From assembly GCF_056746865.1 (NCBI RefSeq), contig NZ_CM163382.1: 64,000 bases of DNA. One strand, written 5' to 3'. Within the stretch, counting starts at the first letter, position 1, and every line of letters begins with the position of its first letter. Positions 12,851-23,931 of this stretch are shown piece by piece. The notes under the pieces were generated by a model. The model was not told where the DNA came from. It worked only from the letters and a program-made list of their open reading frames with translations, and ran no database searches. The translations under genes and the position numbers were made by a program.

Positions 12851-12861
12851 GCAATAAAAAA

Positions 12862-12889
12862 GGCGACATGCCAATGTGTCGCCCTTTTC
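12862..12889 (+). terminator. rho-independent terminator downstream of acrD
   Basis: GGCGACA-tgccaa-TGTCGCC hairpin followed by CTTTTC, 12 bp after the acrD stop. Confidence 0.6.
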
Positions 12890-12948
12890 AACTTTCCGAT
12901 TAAGAACCTGCTCAGCAGGTTCTTGCTGTTTGTACTTTGTCTCAGGAA

Positions 12949-13008
12949 TTACTTACGAAGCATAACTTCGATAAAGTCTTTCCAGTTCCCCAGTTCACGT
13001 TCAATCAT
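12949..13008 (-). CDS. ypfM: small protein YpfM (19 aa)
   Basis: Minus-strand ATG 13008 to TAA 12949 translates MIERELGNWKDFIEVMLRK; recognised from memory as K-12 ypfM; too short for the ORF track. Confidence 0.7.
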   Translation of the reverse strand: MIERELGNWKDFIEVMLRK

Positions 13009-13370
13009 AACAACCTCTCTTATAATTATGGGTATTCTACGGAAACAATATACCGTGGTGAAGCTAATTTACTCGATTGCTGCGATGACTACCTCCGGGG
13101 GACAAACCTTATGTAAATACTATGGTCCTGCGGTGATGATTTGTATGTGATACACAGCAACATTTCGAGATATTCATACGGCATCTAATACTGATTTAAT
13201 TCTGGTTAAAATACAGACAGATAACAAGATGAATATTCTTAATGTTTACGTTAAAAATGTTTAATATTATTTAATAGTTGTTAATTTGAATACTTCGATA
13301 ATGTTATATTTCCTGATAATCATTTGCAGGCAAAATGTTTTCACTCTTAAATGAGTATTTATTCTCATAA

Positions 13371-13745
<375 letters not shown>

Positions 13746-13748
13746 TCT

Positions 13749-14876
13749 ATGTCGTGCCCGGTTATTGAGCTGACACAACAGCTTATTCGCCGCCCTTCCC
13801 TGAGTCCTGATGACGCAGGATGTCAGGCTTTGTTGATTGAACGTTTGCAGGCGATCGGTTTTACCGTTGAACGCATGGATTTTGCCGATACGCAGAATTT
13901 TTGGGCATGGCGTGGGCAAGGTGAAACGTTGGCCTTTGCCGGGCATACCGACGTGGTGCCGCCTGGCGACGCCGATCGTTGGATCAATCCGCCGTTTGAA
14001 CCCACCATTCGTGATGGCATGTTATTCGGGCGCGGTGCGGCAGATATGAAAGGCTCGCTGGCAGCGATGGTGGTAGCGGCAGAACGCTTTGTCGCACAAC
14101 ATCCCAACCATGCAGGTCGACTGGCATTTCTGATCACTTCTGATGAGGAAGCCAGTGCCCATAACGGTACGGTAAAAGTCGTCGAAGCGTTGATGGCACG
14201 TAATGAGCGTCTCGATTACTGCCTGGTTGGCGAACCGTCGAGTATCGAAGTGGTAGGTGATGTGGTGAAAAATGGTCGTCGCGGATCGTTAACCTGCAAC
14301 CTCACCATTCATGGCGTGCAGGGGCATGTTGCCTACCCACATCTGGCTGACAATCCGGTACATCGCGCAGCACCTTTCCTTAATGAATTAGTGGCTATTG
14401 AGTGGGATCAGGGCAATGAATTCTTCCCGGCGACCAGTATGCAGATTGCCAATATTCAGGCGGGAACGGGCAGTAACAACGTTATTCCGGGTGAACTGTT
14501 TGTGCAGTTTAACTTCCGCTTCAGCACCGAACTGACTGATGAGATGATCAAAGCGCAGGTGCTTGCCCTGCTTGAAAAACATCAACTGCGTTATACGGTG
14601 GAATGGTGGCTTTCCGGGCAGCCATTTTTGACCGCGCGCGGTAAACTGGTGGATGCGGTCGTTAACGCGGTTGAGCACTATAATGAAATTAAACCGCAGC
14701 TACTGACCACAGGCGGAACGTCCGACGGGCGCTTTATTGCTCGCATGGGGGCGCAGGTGGTGGAACTCGGGCCGGTCAATGCAACTATTCATAAAATTAA
14801 TGAATGTGTGAACGCTGCCGACCTGCAGCTACTTGCCCGTATGTATCAACGTATCATGGAACAGCTCGTCGCCTGA
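13749..14876 (+). CDS. dapE: succinyl-diaminopimelate desuccinylase
   Basis: 375-aa ORF; M20 peptidase family metal-binding motifs (HTDVVP, GAADMKG); length matches DapE. Confidence 0.95.
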   Translation: MSCPVIELTQQLIRRPSLSPDDAGCQALLIERLQAIGFTVERMDFADTQNFWAWRGQGETLAFAGHTDVVPPGDADRWINPPFEPTIRDGMLFGRGAADMKGSLAAMVVAAERFVAQHPNHAGRLAFLITSDEEASAHNGTVKVVEALMARNERLDYCLVGEPSSIEVVGDVVKNGRRGSLTCNLTIHGVQGHVAYPHLADNPVHRAAPFLNELVAIEWDQGNEFFPATSMQIANIQAGTGSNNVIPGELFVQFNFRFSTELTDEMIKAQVLALLEKHQLRYTVEWWLSGQPFLTARGKLVDAVVNAVEHYNEIKPQLLTTGGTSDGRFIARMGAQVVELGPVNATIHKINECVNAADLQLLARMYQRIMEQLVA

Positions 14877-14903
14877 TGAGTGGTTCTGCAAGAGGAAATA
14901 AGC

Positions 14904-15104
14904 ATGGACTGGCTGGCTAAATATTGGTGGATTCTGGTGATTGTCTTTTTGGTAGGCGTCCTGCTGAACGTGATTAAAGATCTCAAGCGCGTCGACCATA
15001 AGAAATTTCTCGCCAACAAGCCGGAGCTTCCCCCGCATCGTGATTTCAACGATAAGTGGGACGATGACGACGACTGGCCGAAAAAGGATCAACCGAAGAA
15101 GTGA
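14904..15104 (+). CDS. ypfN: UPF0370 small membrane protein YpfN
   Basis: ORF 14880-15104; start placed at ATG 14904 ([21 protein letters not shown]...), 66 aa; single TM helix and acidic C-terminus. Confidence 0.8.
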
Positions 15105-15110
15105 GCTGAG

Positions 15111-15175
15111 TGGCCGGATAAGGCGTTCACGCCACATCCGGCCATGATGCCTGAAACAGTCTTATCAGGCCTACC
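15111..15175. repeat. REP/BIME element (two palindromic units) between ypfN and ypfH
   Basis: tggccggataaggcgttcacgccacatccggcca plus gatgcctgaaacagtcttatcaggcctac match the E. coli REP consensus pattern. Confidence 0.7.
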
Positions 15176-15184
15176 CGGCTATTA

Positions 15185-15883
15185 TTACATCATTTCAATC
15201 ACATCATCATCGCCAGGCTTACCGCCACTTAGCGCTTCGTCGAAATAATGTTTCGGAATGGTATAACGCAAGTGATCCAGGGCAAATTGCATACTGCGAT
15301 TGTCGATCGCATGGCCTAAATCCTCCACGATATCCAGCGTCACGTCACCACCGGCACTGATTAACGCTTCCTGCGCCGCAACCGCATGCGCCAGATCGAT
15401 AACCGGATCTTCACCACCATGAATCAAGTGAATTGTCGTGGCTGTAGACGCGGTTTCCGGCAGGCTGGCATAGCGTCCGTTAAAGGCAATGACGCGCGAA
15501 GCAAGGCCCGGTTCGACTTTAATGCTCTCCAGCGCCATAATCGCGCCTTGAGAGAAACCGATGAGTGCCGTGGCGTTAGCCCCTACTCCGCTCTGTTTCT
15601 GCCAGTAGCGCACCGTTTCAATAAACGTCGGCATGATGGCATCCACACGTGCCTGGCGATTATCTTCCGTAATACCCTGCACCGAAAACCACTGACGCCC
15701 CGCCGGATTACCGCTCGGCTCCGCGCCACCGACACTCACCACCAGCGCATCAGGAAACAGCGGCGCAAACCAGCTACCTATTTCCCCCATTGCCACCGGG
15801 TTATCCCCGACACCGTGGAAAAGCAGTAACAACTGTTGTGCAGGTTTATCCGGGCTTTGAACAACAAAATGGTCATGTTTCAT
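15185..15883 (-). CDS. ypfH: esterase/carboxylesterase YpfH (alpha/beta hydrolase)
   Basis: ORF 15185-15907; start placed at ATG 15883 (MKHDHFVVQSPDKPAQQ...), 232 aa; GFSQG nucleophile elbow. Confidence 0.9.
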   Translation of the reverse strand: MKHDHFVVQSPDKPAQQLLLLFHGVGDNPVAMGEIGSWFAPLFPDALVVSVGGAEPSGNPAGRQWFSVQGITEDNRQARVDAIMPTFIETVRYWQKQSGVGANATALIGFSQGAIMALESIKVEPGLASRVIAFNGRYASLPETASTATTIHLIHGGEDPVIDLAHAVAAQEALISAGGDVTLDIVEDLGHAIDNRSMQFALDHLRYTIPKHYFDEALSGGKPGDDDVIEMM

Positions 15884-15956
15884 GGCGAACTCCTTAACTG
15901 ATGTCATTAATTTTACGCCGCTGACTCACAATGACCATGGGAGAAAATTGAAGGAG

Positions 15957-17972
15957 TCAGTGAAAAAATTGCCATTGCGTTATGCGATCGCGCAGACGCT
16001 CAGTGCGAACATCATCAAGTGCGAATAGCGCCTGCGCGGCCTCTTCCCGCTGGCGAACCAGTAACAGCTTACGGCCTGAAAGTTTAAGTGTGGTACATAA
16101 CTGCGCGTCACTGGCGTTTTTCTGTAAACGCCCACGCAGCGCCGGTAATGCCAGTTCGCTGGTTTGTAGCAGACGCAATAAGCAACCTAACGACGTTAAT
16201 AGCGGACGATGAGTGAAAGCAAAACCGGCCAGTTCAAGCCAGTCGTCGTCAGAAAGGACGGCATCGTTTAGTGGATCAACAGGAAGCATTTCGCCATTCC
16301 ACTGCGCGAGAGCTTGCGCATCGCGACGTAAACGGTAATGCTCACGTTCAGCCAGCTGTTTACCCGCATCACTCATCGGTAACAGCGCCATCGCCGTATA
16401 GCAACCGCTGCTGGCTTCACGATGATTACCCATTCGCACCAGCACAAAACCGCAGCGTTGCCAGAAACGCCATAACTCCTCGGTGTAACCAAAACTCACC
16501 GAAAGATAGTCGAGGTCATGCGTATATTGCAAAGCACCAACAATAAGCTGTCGCCCTGTGCCTTCCCGCTGACGAGCAGGATGAACTGCTATCCGGCTAA
16601 CCCGCCGTCCGCGCAATGTCGCCGCCAGTGGATTGCTGCCGTGCGCCGCCAGCGACTGGGCCACCAGATTACCCCGCGGGCGACGAAAACCCGCCCATAC
16701 CGCCTGACTGAGTTCTTGAGATAATCCGCCCTCATCCACCAGCCACAGCGCTCCGGCAATCTCGTTTTCGCCAGCCGCCTGTAAAAAATGTTGACCTGGT
16801 GCATCCATCATGCGGCGTAAATCCAGCGGCGAAGTCCGGTAGTGCGCGCCAGACAATAGCTGATATACCTTTAACGGCGTTTCTGGTTCGCTTCGCCATA
16901 ACGTCTGTTCAAAAGCAGAAATGACGATGTCACCTTGTGGTTCGTGAGTGAAGTTTTCGTCGTCAAAAACCAGTGCCTCGCTGACCATTTTTTCCAGCGG
17001 GCATCCCTGCGCCCAGCGGATCGGTTGTTGCAGTTCAAAACGGTGTAAATGTGGAAAGCGAGCGCAAAATTTCAGCAAAAAACCACGTCCGGTACCTTCG
17101 TAGCCCTGCACCGTAGTGGTTAACAACGTTCGAGGAAAACGCGATACCAGTTGATGCAACAACGGCGCAGGTATGGCTGCGGCTTCATCGACCACCAGCC
17201 AGTCGGCTTGCTCATCGCTGGCTAACAAGGCATCCGGCGCAATAAAGCGAAACTTCTCGCCCGCAAATTGTGCCAGTACATCCGTTGCCGCTTTTGCGGG
17301 CGCGGTGACAATCGCACTGCCCGCAATACGAGAAATGAGTTGCCCTGCCAACGCCGATTTACCGCGCCCACGCGCAGCCGTTACCGCTGCCACGCCCGGC
17401 GGCATGGTCAGTAACTGCTGTAAGAGTTGCTGTTGTTCTGGTTGTGGTGTGCCGGTCGCGGGGTGCCAGTCAGTACGGGGAGCAAAATGCACCAACGTGA
17501 ACGGCTGGTTTTGCCGCCAGAGGATGGCGTCGTTATTCGCCGTAAGTACACGTTTGAGATGCTGGACAAAATGCGGCGTCGCAATAGGGTCAGGGCAATC
17601 ACTCCAGCGCAGCGAGTCGGCATCAGGTTGGTTTTCCCACTCTTCCCATACAGGGAGTAACAACACCAGCCAGCTTCCCGCTTTCAACGTTCCGCTAAGT
17701 GCTGCAAAGGCAGCGGCATCAAAGCCGTGGCGGGCGTCGAATACCGCATGCCGGAATTCGCGCCCAAGTAAAGTTTGTAGCGCCGAGGGAAAACAGTGGT
17801 TTTCAGCGACTGGCTGCGGCGAAATCCACAGCCAGTCGCCAGGTAAGGCATCACGCAACTTAAGCGCATGATCAAAACACCAACCCTCTTCCCCGCTCAA
17901 CACCAGCAAGCGGCGGATCCCTTCACGTTTCATTTGCGCTGTTAATGTGTGAAGCGCAGTCAGTTCAGCCAT
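15957..17972 (-). CDS. tmcA: tRNA(Met) cytidine acetyltransferase TmcA
   Basis: 671-aa ORF; Walker A (GRGKSALAG) helicase-like domain plus C-terminal GNAT acetyltransferase; length matches TmcA. Confidence 0.9.
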   Translation of the reverse strand: MAELTALHTLTAQMKREGIRRLLVLSGEEGWCFDHALKLRDALPGDWLWISPQPVAENHCFPSALQTLLGREFRHAVFDARHGFDAAAFAALSGTLKAGSWLVLLLPVWEEWENQPDADSLRWSDCPDPIATPHFVQHLKRVLTANNDAILWRQNQPFTLVHFAPRTDWHPATGTPQPEQQQLLQQLLTMPPGVAAVTAARGRGKSALAGQLISRIAGSAIVTAPAKAATDVLAQFAGEKFRFIAPDALLASDEQADWLVVDEAAAIPAPLLHQLVSRFPRTLLTTTVQGYEGTGRGFLLKFCARFPHLHRFELQQPIRWAQGCPLEKMVSEALVFDDENFTHEPQGDIVISAFEQTLWRSEPETPLKVYQLLSGAHYRTSPLDLRRMMDAPGQHFLQAAGENEIAGALWLVDEGGLSQELSQAVWAGFRRPRGNLVAQSLAAHGSNPLAATLRGRRVSRIAVHPARQREGTGRQLIVGALQYTHDLDYLSVSFGYTEELWRFWQRCGFVLVRMGNHREASSGCYTAMALLPMSDAGKQLAEREHYRLRRDAQALAQWNGEMLPVDPLNDAVLSDDDWLELAGFAFTHRPLLTSLGCLLRLLQTSELALPALRGRLQKNASDAQLCTTLKLSGRKLLLVRQREEAAQALFALDDVRTERLRDRITQWQFFH

Positions 17973-17986
17973 CCCTGCCCCGGAAG

Positions 17987-18850
17987 TTAAATGCTTTTAC
18001 CAAAAGTATTGCATTGTGCCGGATCACCGCTGTCGAAACCACGTTTAAACCAGCTGTAGCGTTGCTGAGAAGTGCCATGAGTGAAACTGTCTGGTACTAC
18101 TCGCCCCTGACTTTGCTGTTGTAAACGGTCATCGCCGATGGCCTGCGCCGCGTTCAGCGCCTCTTCCAGATCGCCGGTTTCCAGAACGCCTTGCTGCTGC
18201 ATACTATGCCCCCAGACACCAGCAAAACAGTCGGCCTGGAGTTCCATACGCACAGATAAGCGGTTCACTTCCGCCTGCGTCGCGTTTTGTTGCAGTTGAC
18301 GAACTTTCGGCTCGATGCCTAACAGTTTCTGCACATGATGACCGACTTCATGGGCGATAACGTACCCCTGGGCAAAATCGCCATCCGCGCCAAGTTTGTC
18401 TTTCATTTCATCATAGAAGGAGAGATCGATATAAACCGTGCCATCCGCCGGGCAATAGAACGGCCCCATAATGGACTGGCCCGCCCCGCAGCCGGTGCGC
18501 GTCATTCCACGGTACATGACCAGCTTCGGTTGCTGATAGGTTTTACCCATCTTCTCGAATTGCTGTCCCCAGGTGTCTTCCGTGGTTGCCAGAATCACCG
18601 AAGTGAATTTTGCGGCTTCGTCTTCATTAGGACTAATTGACCGTGTTGATTGCTGTTGGGAAACCGGCTGTCCGGTCATCAACCCGGTTAAATCAACGCC
18701 ATAGTAGCCTGCAACCAGCACGACTATCAGTAAAATCAGCCCGCCTTTACCGCTTGGCAGGCGAAAACCTGGACCGCCCATTGACGGACCACCAGAGCTG
18801 TTGCGCCTGTCTTCAACATTGTCACTTTCACGTCGCCCTTGCCAACGCAT
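17987..18850 (-). CDS. ypfJ: putative zinc metalloprotease YpfJ
   Basis: 287-aa ORF with HExxH motif ([11 protein letters not shown]); length matches YpfJ. Confidence 0.9.
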   Translation of the reverse strand: MRWQGRRESDNVEDRRNSSGGPSMGGPGFRLPSGKGGLILLIVVLVAGYYGVDLTGLMTGQPVSQQQSTRSISPNEDEAAKFTSVILATTEDTWGQQFEKMGKTYQQPKLVMYRGMTRTGCGAGQSIMGPFYCPADGTVYIDLSFYDEMKDKLGADGDFAQGYVIAHEVGHHVQKLLGIEPKVRQLQQNATQAEVNRLSVRMELQADCFAGVWGHSMQQQGVLETGDLEEALNAAQAIGDDRLQQQSQGRVVPDSFTHGTSQQRYSWFKRGFDSGDPAQCNTFGKSI

Positions 18851-19017
18851 AGATACCTCAACAATATATTCATTATAGAAATGATCGTAGGTGGTTCAGA
18901 GGAAGATTACCACAGGAAAGCGGGATGAAATGGCGGAGGAATGAGCGTTCAATGCACATCTTCCGAGAGCGGTTGTCTTGCCGTGCCAGCTGCACGGCAA
19001 GATGATGAACAGAAAAA

Positions 19018-19731
19018 TCAGTCCAGCTGTACACCCAGGCGGCGGGCGACGGCTTCATAGGCTTCGATCAGGCCACCGAGGCTCTGGCGGAAACGGTCTT
19101 TGTCCATTTTCTCCAGCGTTTCTTTGTCCCACAGGCGGCTGCCGTCCGGGGAGAACTCATCGCCCAGTACAACTTCACCTTTGTACAGGCCAAACTCCAG
19201 TTTAAAGTCGACCAAAATCAGACCAGCATCATCGAACAGTTTTTTCAGCACGTCGTTCGCTTTGTAGGTCAGCTCTTTCATACGCGCCAGGTTCTCTTTA
19301 CTTACCCAGCCAAAGGTTTCGCAGTAAGATTCGTTGACCATCGGATCGTGCATGGCGTCGTTTTTCAGGAACAGATCGAACAGCGGCGGGTTCAGCTCAA
19401 TACCTTCTTCGATTCCAAGTCGTTTCACCAGAGAGCCAGCAGCACGGTTACGCACGACACACTCAACCGGCACCATATCCAGCTTTTTCACCAGACATTC
19501 GGTATCGGAGAGCAGACGCTCCATTTGAGTCGGGATACCCGCTTCAGCCAGTTTGCTCATAATGAAGTAGTTGAACTTGTTGTTCACCATACCTTTGCGA
19601 TCAAACTGCTCAATGCGCGCGCCATCCCCTGCTGACGTATCATTGCGGAATTCGAGCACCAACAGGTCCGGGTTTTCCGTGCTGTATACGGTTTTCGCTT
19701 TACCACGATACAACTCAGCTTGCTTTTGCAT
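19018..19731 (-). CDS. purC: phosphoribosylaminoimidazole-succinocarboxamide synthase
   Basis: ORF 19018-19740; start placed at ATG 19731 ([28 protein letters not shown]...), 237 aa. Confidence 0.95.
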
Positions 19732-19784
19732 CTTTATCACTCCTGGGTGTGAATTAACGTTTTAAAATCTTTTGCTGTCTGGTG

Positions 19785-19835
19785 TGCCGGATGTTTTGTC
19801 AGATGCGGCAAGAACGCCTTATCCGACCTACGTCC
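19785..19835. repeat. REP-like palindromic unit in bamC-purC intergenic region
   Basis: gtgccggatgttttgtcagatgcggcaagaacgccttatccgacctacg resembles the REP consensus (GCCGGATG...CTTATCCG). Confidence 0.5.
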
Positions 19836-19910
19836 GACAAACAAATTTAGTGCAAATTACCGCTAAAATCGCGTTTTCCTGCCGACGCACACGTTTGCGT
19901 ATCATATCAG

Positions 19911-19945
19911 AAAAAAGGGCCGGATGACTCCAGCCCTGTATTTTT
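19911..19945 (-). terminator. rho-independent (bidirectional-looking) terminator downstream of bamC
   Basis: A6-AGGGCCGG-atgact-CCAGCCCT-gtaTTTTT; on the minus strand the hairpin is followed by a T6 run. Confidence 0.55.
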
Positions 19946-20978
19946 ACTTGCTAAACGCAGCCTGGAAGACAGCTACCAGCGCGTCGTTCTGACTCTGAGT
20001 CAGAGTATGACCTTTCGGATCGATAAACTGTAGGCTGCTGCGGTTATCTAAATCGCCAACCTGCAGTTTATAGTCACCGGATGCCAGGCCTGGATCGCTC
20101 GCGCCCAGTTCCTGCCAGTCGCTGTCAGACAGCGGCTTGTAAGTTACGGCCATGTTGCCCTGCGAACGGGTGCTGTCGGTCACTTTCATGCCCACTTTTT
20201 CCAGCGCCGCTGGCAGACGTTGCCAAACCACATTGAACGGCCCGCGTACGACCAGCATTGGTAAACCGGTGTCATCAGCTGCACTTTGTACGTCCATAGT
20301 GGTGGAGGCACGATTTTGCGCAGCGTTCGCGGCGTCAGTGGCAGATTTATCCAGACCGGCGGAAATAACGTTCATCATCTCCGTGCTGTAACGCTGCATG
20401 GAAGCCGCGTCTGCAACCGGTTTGCCCGCCTGTTCCAGGTTCAGCAGTTTAACCGTAACCGCCTGCTGATAACCCTGCGGCTTAACAGAGATTTGATAAC
20501 GACCACGATACTGCTCGTCTTCGTCCAGACGGTTCCATTGTACCCAATCGGTGGTCAGTGTCTGACCAGCATCATCACGTTGGGTGATGGTGTAGTTTTT
20601 CGCCTGCAGCACGCTAACCACCTGCGGCCACAGAGTATTGCCACGACCATTTTCCACCAGCAATGAAGCGGTATCGCCCGTGAACTGGGTACGCGCGCCA
20701 GAAACCAGTGCCAGCGGCTGGGCTGGTGGACGAATGTCCAGCGCCTTACCGACAGCACCACTACCGTTGGTCACCGGGATTGCATAATCACCGGAGGTCA
20801 CCGGCAAAATCATTCCAGCCGGGGCATGAAGCTCCGCAAGCGGTGCCGCTTCCAGGTAGGCTTCATCACCACTGACCTGACGCTTATAGCGTGAGTCAGA
20901 ACTACAGGCAGCGAGTAATAAAACAAGCGAAACACCCGCAACCTTTGCCAGGCGCGACTTTTGAACAGAGTAAGCCAT
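19944..20978 (-). CDS. bamC: outer membrane protein assembly factor BamC (lipoprotein NlpB)
   Basis: ORF 19944-20981; start placed at ATG 20978 ([27 protein letters not shown]...) with lipobox LAAC; 344 aa. Confidence 0.95.
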
Positions 20979-20994
20979 CAAATCTCCCTAAACT

Positions 20995-21873
20995 TTACAG
21001 CAAACCGGCATGCTTAAGCGCCGCTCTGACCGTCTCACGACCACTGTCGGTGATTGGTGTCATTGGCAGGCGCAGCGTATCGGTCGCCACAAGACCCAGT
21101 TCCTTACATGCCCATTTCACCGGGATTGGATTGGGTTCGACAAATAGTTTGTTGTGTAATGGCATCAGACGCTGATTAATAACGCGTGCCTCGGCAAAAT
21201 GCCCTTCTGCTGCCAGTTTGCACATCTGGGCCATATCACGCGCTGCGACGTTAGCCGTAACGGAAATAACCCCATGACCGCCTAATTGCATGAAGTCCAG
21301 CGCGCTCGCATCATCGCCGCTCAGCAGAACAAAATCATCTGAAACCAGCTCTTTGATCTGGTTTACACGCGTTAAGTTCCCTGTTGCCTCTTTGATTCCG
21401 ATAATATTTTTTACTTTCGCCAGACGGCCCACCGTTTCCGGGAGCAGATCGCAGCCAGTACGGGACGGCACATTATACAGAATTTGCGGCAGGTCAGTAT
21501 GCTCAGCGATGGCTTTGAAATGCTGATACAAACCTTCTTGCGACGGACGATTGTAGTAAGGGGTTACCGTCAGGCAGCCGACGATACCACTGTCATTGAA
21601 GCGCTGCGTCAGGCTAATGGCTTCCGCAGTAGCGTTAGCGCCGGTCCCGGCAATCACCGGAATGCGCCCGTCAGCCAGCTCCAGCGTCATCATCACCACA
21701 TCAGCATGTTCGTCATGATTTAAGGTAGCGGACTCGCCAGTGGTGCCAACAGAAACGATCGCCGAAGTACCGCTGGCGACATGATAATCAATCAGTTTTT
21801 TCAAGCTAGCCCGACAGACATTACCTTTTTCATCCATCGGAGTAACAATCGCGACAATACTTCCCGTGAACAT
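20995..21873 (-). CDS. dapA: 4-hydroxy-tetrahydrodipicolinate synthase
   Basis: ORF 20995-21891; start placed at ATG 21873 ([19 protein letters not shown]...), 292 aa. Confidence 0.95.
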   Translation of the reverse strand: MFTGSIVAIVTPMDEKGNVCRASLKKLIDYHVASGTSAIVSVGTTGESATLNHDEHADVVMMTLELADGRIPVIAGTGANATAEAISLTQRFNDSGIVGCLTVTPYYNRPSQEGLYQHFKAIAEHTDLPQILYNVPSRTGCDLLPETVGRLAKVKNIIGIKEATGNLTRVNQIKELVSDDFVLLSGDDASALDFMQLGGHGVISVTANVAARDMAQMCKLAAEGHFAEARVINQRLMPLHNKLFVEPNPIPVKWACKELGLVATDTLRLPMTPITDSGRETVRAALKHAGLL

Positions 21874-22018
21874 GGGCCATCCTCTGTGCAAACAAGTGTC
21901 TCAATGGTACGTTTGGTATGGCATTAAAAGCAAGCAGACAGAACCGTTCTGATTGTTGTATGCATGTTTTTTTTATGCTTTCCTTAAGAACAACTCACCC
22001 CTTAAAGGAATAACCAGT

Positions 22019-22591
22019 TTGACACTGTCATCGCAACATTATCTGGTGATCACTGCGTTGGGTGCCGATCGCCCTGGAATTGTGAACACCATCACCCGTC
22101 ATGTCAGTAGTTGCGGCTGTAATATTGAAGACAGTCGCCTGGCGATGCTGGGAGAAGAGTTCACGTTTATCATGCTGCTTTCCGGTTCATGGAATGCCAT
22201 TACTCTGATTGAATCAACGTTACCGTTGAAAGGTGCCGAGCTGGATCTTTTAATCGTGATGAAGCGCACGACGGCGCGTCCGCGTCCGCCAATGCCAGCA
22301 TCTGTCTGGGTTCAGGTCGATGTGGCAGACTCCCCGCATTTAATTGAACGCTTCACAGCACTTTTCGACGCGCATCATATGAACATTGCGGAGCTGGTGT
22401 CGCGCACGCAACCTGCTGAAAATGAACGGGCTGCGCAGTTGCATATTCAGATAACCGCCCACAGCCCCGCATCTGCGGACGCAGCAAATATTGAGCAAGC
22501 GTTCAAAGCCCTATGTACAGAACTCAATGCACAAGGCAGTATTAACGTCGTCAATTATTCCCAACATGATGAACAGGATGGAGTTAAGTAA
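22019..22591 (+). CDS. gcvR: glycine cleavage system transcriptional repressor GcvR
   Basis: ORF 21953-22591; start placed at TTG 22019 so the product begins (M)TLSSQHYLVITALGADRPGIV... (190 aa, ACT domains); the preceding in-frame ATG adds an implausible extension. Confidence 0.85.
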   Translation: MTLSSQHYLVITALGADRPGIVNTITRHVSSCGCNIEDSRLAMLGEEFTFIMLLSGSWNAITLIESTLPLKGAELDLLIVMKRTTARPRPPMPASVWVQVDVADSPHLIERFTALFDAHHMNIAELVSRTQPAENERAAQLHIQITAHSPASADAANIEQAFKALCTELNAQGSINVVNYSQHDEQDGVK

Positions 22592-23061
22592 TGAATCCAC
22601 TGAAAGCCGGTGATATCGCACCGAAATTTAGCTTGCCGGATCAAGACGGAGAACAAGTTAATTTGACCGACTTCCAGGGACAGCGTGTTCTGGTTTATTT
22701 CTACCCGAAAGCCATGACCCCCGGCTGTACCGTACAGGCCTGCGGCTTACGCGATAACATGGATGAGTTGAAAAAAGCGGGCGTTGATGTGCTGGGTATC
22801 AGCACCGATAAACCCGAAAAACTCTCCCGTTTTGCGGAAAAAGAGCTGCTTAACTTTACGCTCCTGTCTGATGAGGACCACCAGGTGTGCGAACAATTCG
22901 GCGTCTGGGGTGAAAAGTCCTTCATGGGCAAAACCTACGATGGTATTCATCGCATCAGCTTCCTGATTGACGCTGATGGCAAAATCGAACATGTCTTTGA
23001 CGATTTCAAAACCAGCAATCACCACGACGTTGTGCTGAACTGGCTGAAAGAACACGCCTGA
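22591..23061 (+). CDS. bcp: thiol peroxidase / bacterioferritin comigratory protein (peroxiredoxin Bcp)
   Basis: 156-aa ORF; peroxiredoxin motif PKAMTPGCT; start ATG overlaps the gcvR stop (ATGA). Confidence 0.95.
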   Translation: MNPLKAGDIAPKFSLPDQDGEQVNLTDFQGQRVLVYFYPKAMTPGCTVQACGLRDNMDELKKAGVDVLGISTDKPEKLSRFAEKELLNFTLLSDEDHQVCEQFGVWGEKSFMGKTYDGIHRISFLIDADGKIEHVFDDFKTSNHHDVVLNWLKEHA

Positions 23062-23115
23062 TTACTTTGCTCCATTCCGTGCTGGCTGCGCTTGCGGTCA
23101 GCACACCTCACTTCT

Positions 23116-23131
23116 CGTGATCAAGATCACA
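23116..23131. promoter_or_regulatory. CRP-like palindrome upstream of the hyf promoter
   Basis: cGTGA-tcaaga-TCACa matches the CRP consensus TGTGA-N6-TCACA at 9/10 core positions, about 140 bp upstream of the sigma-54 element. Confidence 0.4.
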
Positions 23132-23255
23132 TTCTCGCTTTCCCCTGCGACACGGGTGTCGAATTCATTTTTTGCTGAACGTTAATGACCATCATTTTTG
23201 TACCGTTCAGAATACAGTTAATTCATAACCTATTGAATATATTAAATTAATAAGA

Positions 23256-23273
23256 CTGGCATCCTTTATGCAA
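23256..23273 (+). promoter_or_regulatory. sigma-54 (-24/-12) promoter of the hyf operon
   Basis: cTGGCAtcctttaTGCAa fits the TGGCAC-N5-TTGCA spacing; about 40 bp upstream of hyfA, consistent with the sigma-54 activator HyfR encoded in the operon. Confidence 0.6.
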
Positions 23274-23313
23274 TATGAAATGCAATGTTTCATATCATTT
23301 TCAAGGAGCCGAC

Positions 23314-23931
23314 ATGAACCGCTTTGTGGTGGCCGAACCACTGTGGTGTACAGGATGTAATACCTGTCTCGCTGCCTGTTCGGACGTGCATAAAACGCAA
23401 GGTTTACAGCAACACCCGCGCCTGGCCCTGGCGAAGACGTCAACACTCACTGCCCCTGTCGTGTGTCATCACTGTGAGGAAGCCCCTTGCCTGCAGGTCT
23501 GCCCGGTCAATGCCATCTCCCAGAGGGATGATGCGATCCAACTCAACGAAAGCCTCTGTATTGGCTGCAAGCTTTGTGCCGTGGTCTGCCCATTTGGCGC
23601 AATCAGCGCTTCAGGAAGCCGTCCGGTGAATGCCCCTGCGCAATATGTTTTTCAGGCTGAGGGCTCACTCAAAGACGGCGAAGAAAACGCGCCGACCCAA
23701 CATGCTTTGCTGCGCTGGGAACCGGGTGTCCAGACCGTCGCGGTGAAATGCGACCTGTGTGATTTCTTGCCAGAAGGTCCGGCCTGCGTTCGCGCTTGCC
23801 CGAATCAGGCGTTACGGCTGATCACCGACGATAGCCTGCAACGTCAGATGAAAGAAAAACAGCGCATTGCCGCAAGCTGGTTTGCCAATGGCGGGGAGGA
23901 TCCCCTTTCCCTCACTCAGGAGCAACGCTAA
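23314..23931 (+). CDS. hyfA: hydrogenase-4 component A (4Fe-4S ferredoxin-type subunit)
   Basis: ORF 23275-23931; start placed at ATG 23314 preceded by AAGGAG (MNRFVVAEPLWCTGCNTCLAAC...), 205 aa; multiple CxxCxxCxxxCP motifs. Confidence 0.9.
   Translation: MNRFVVAEPLWCTGCNTCLAACSDVHKTQGLQQHPRLALAKTSTLTAPVVCHHCEEAPCLQVCPVNAISQRDDAIQLNESLCIGCKLCAVVCPFGAISASGSRPVNAPAQYVFQAEGSLKDGEENAPTQHALLRWEPGVQTVAVKCDLCDFLPEGPACVRACPNQALRLITDDSLQRQMKEKQRIAASWFANGGEDPLSLTQEQR

Noticed and set aside
12923-13150. 75-aa plus-strand ORF between acrD and yffB
   Set aside because: Overlaps the recognisable ypfM on the opposite strand, sits in AT-rich intergenic DNA, and has no Shine-Dalgarno sequence.
17173-17871. 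232-aa plus-strand ORF, Ser/Ala/Cys-rich
   Set aside because: Lies entirely antisense within tmcA; low-complexity composition typical of a shadow ORF in a GC-rich gene.
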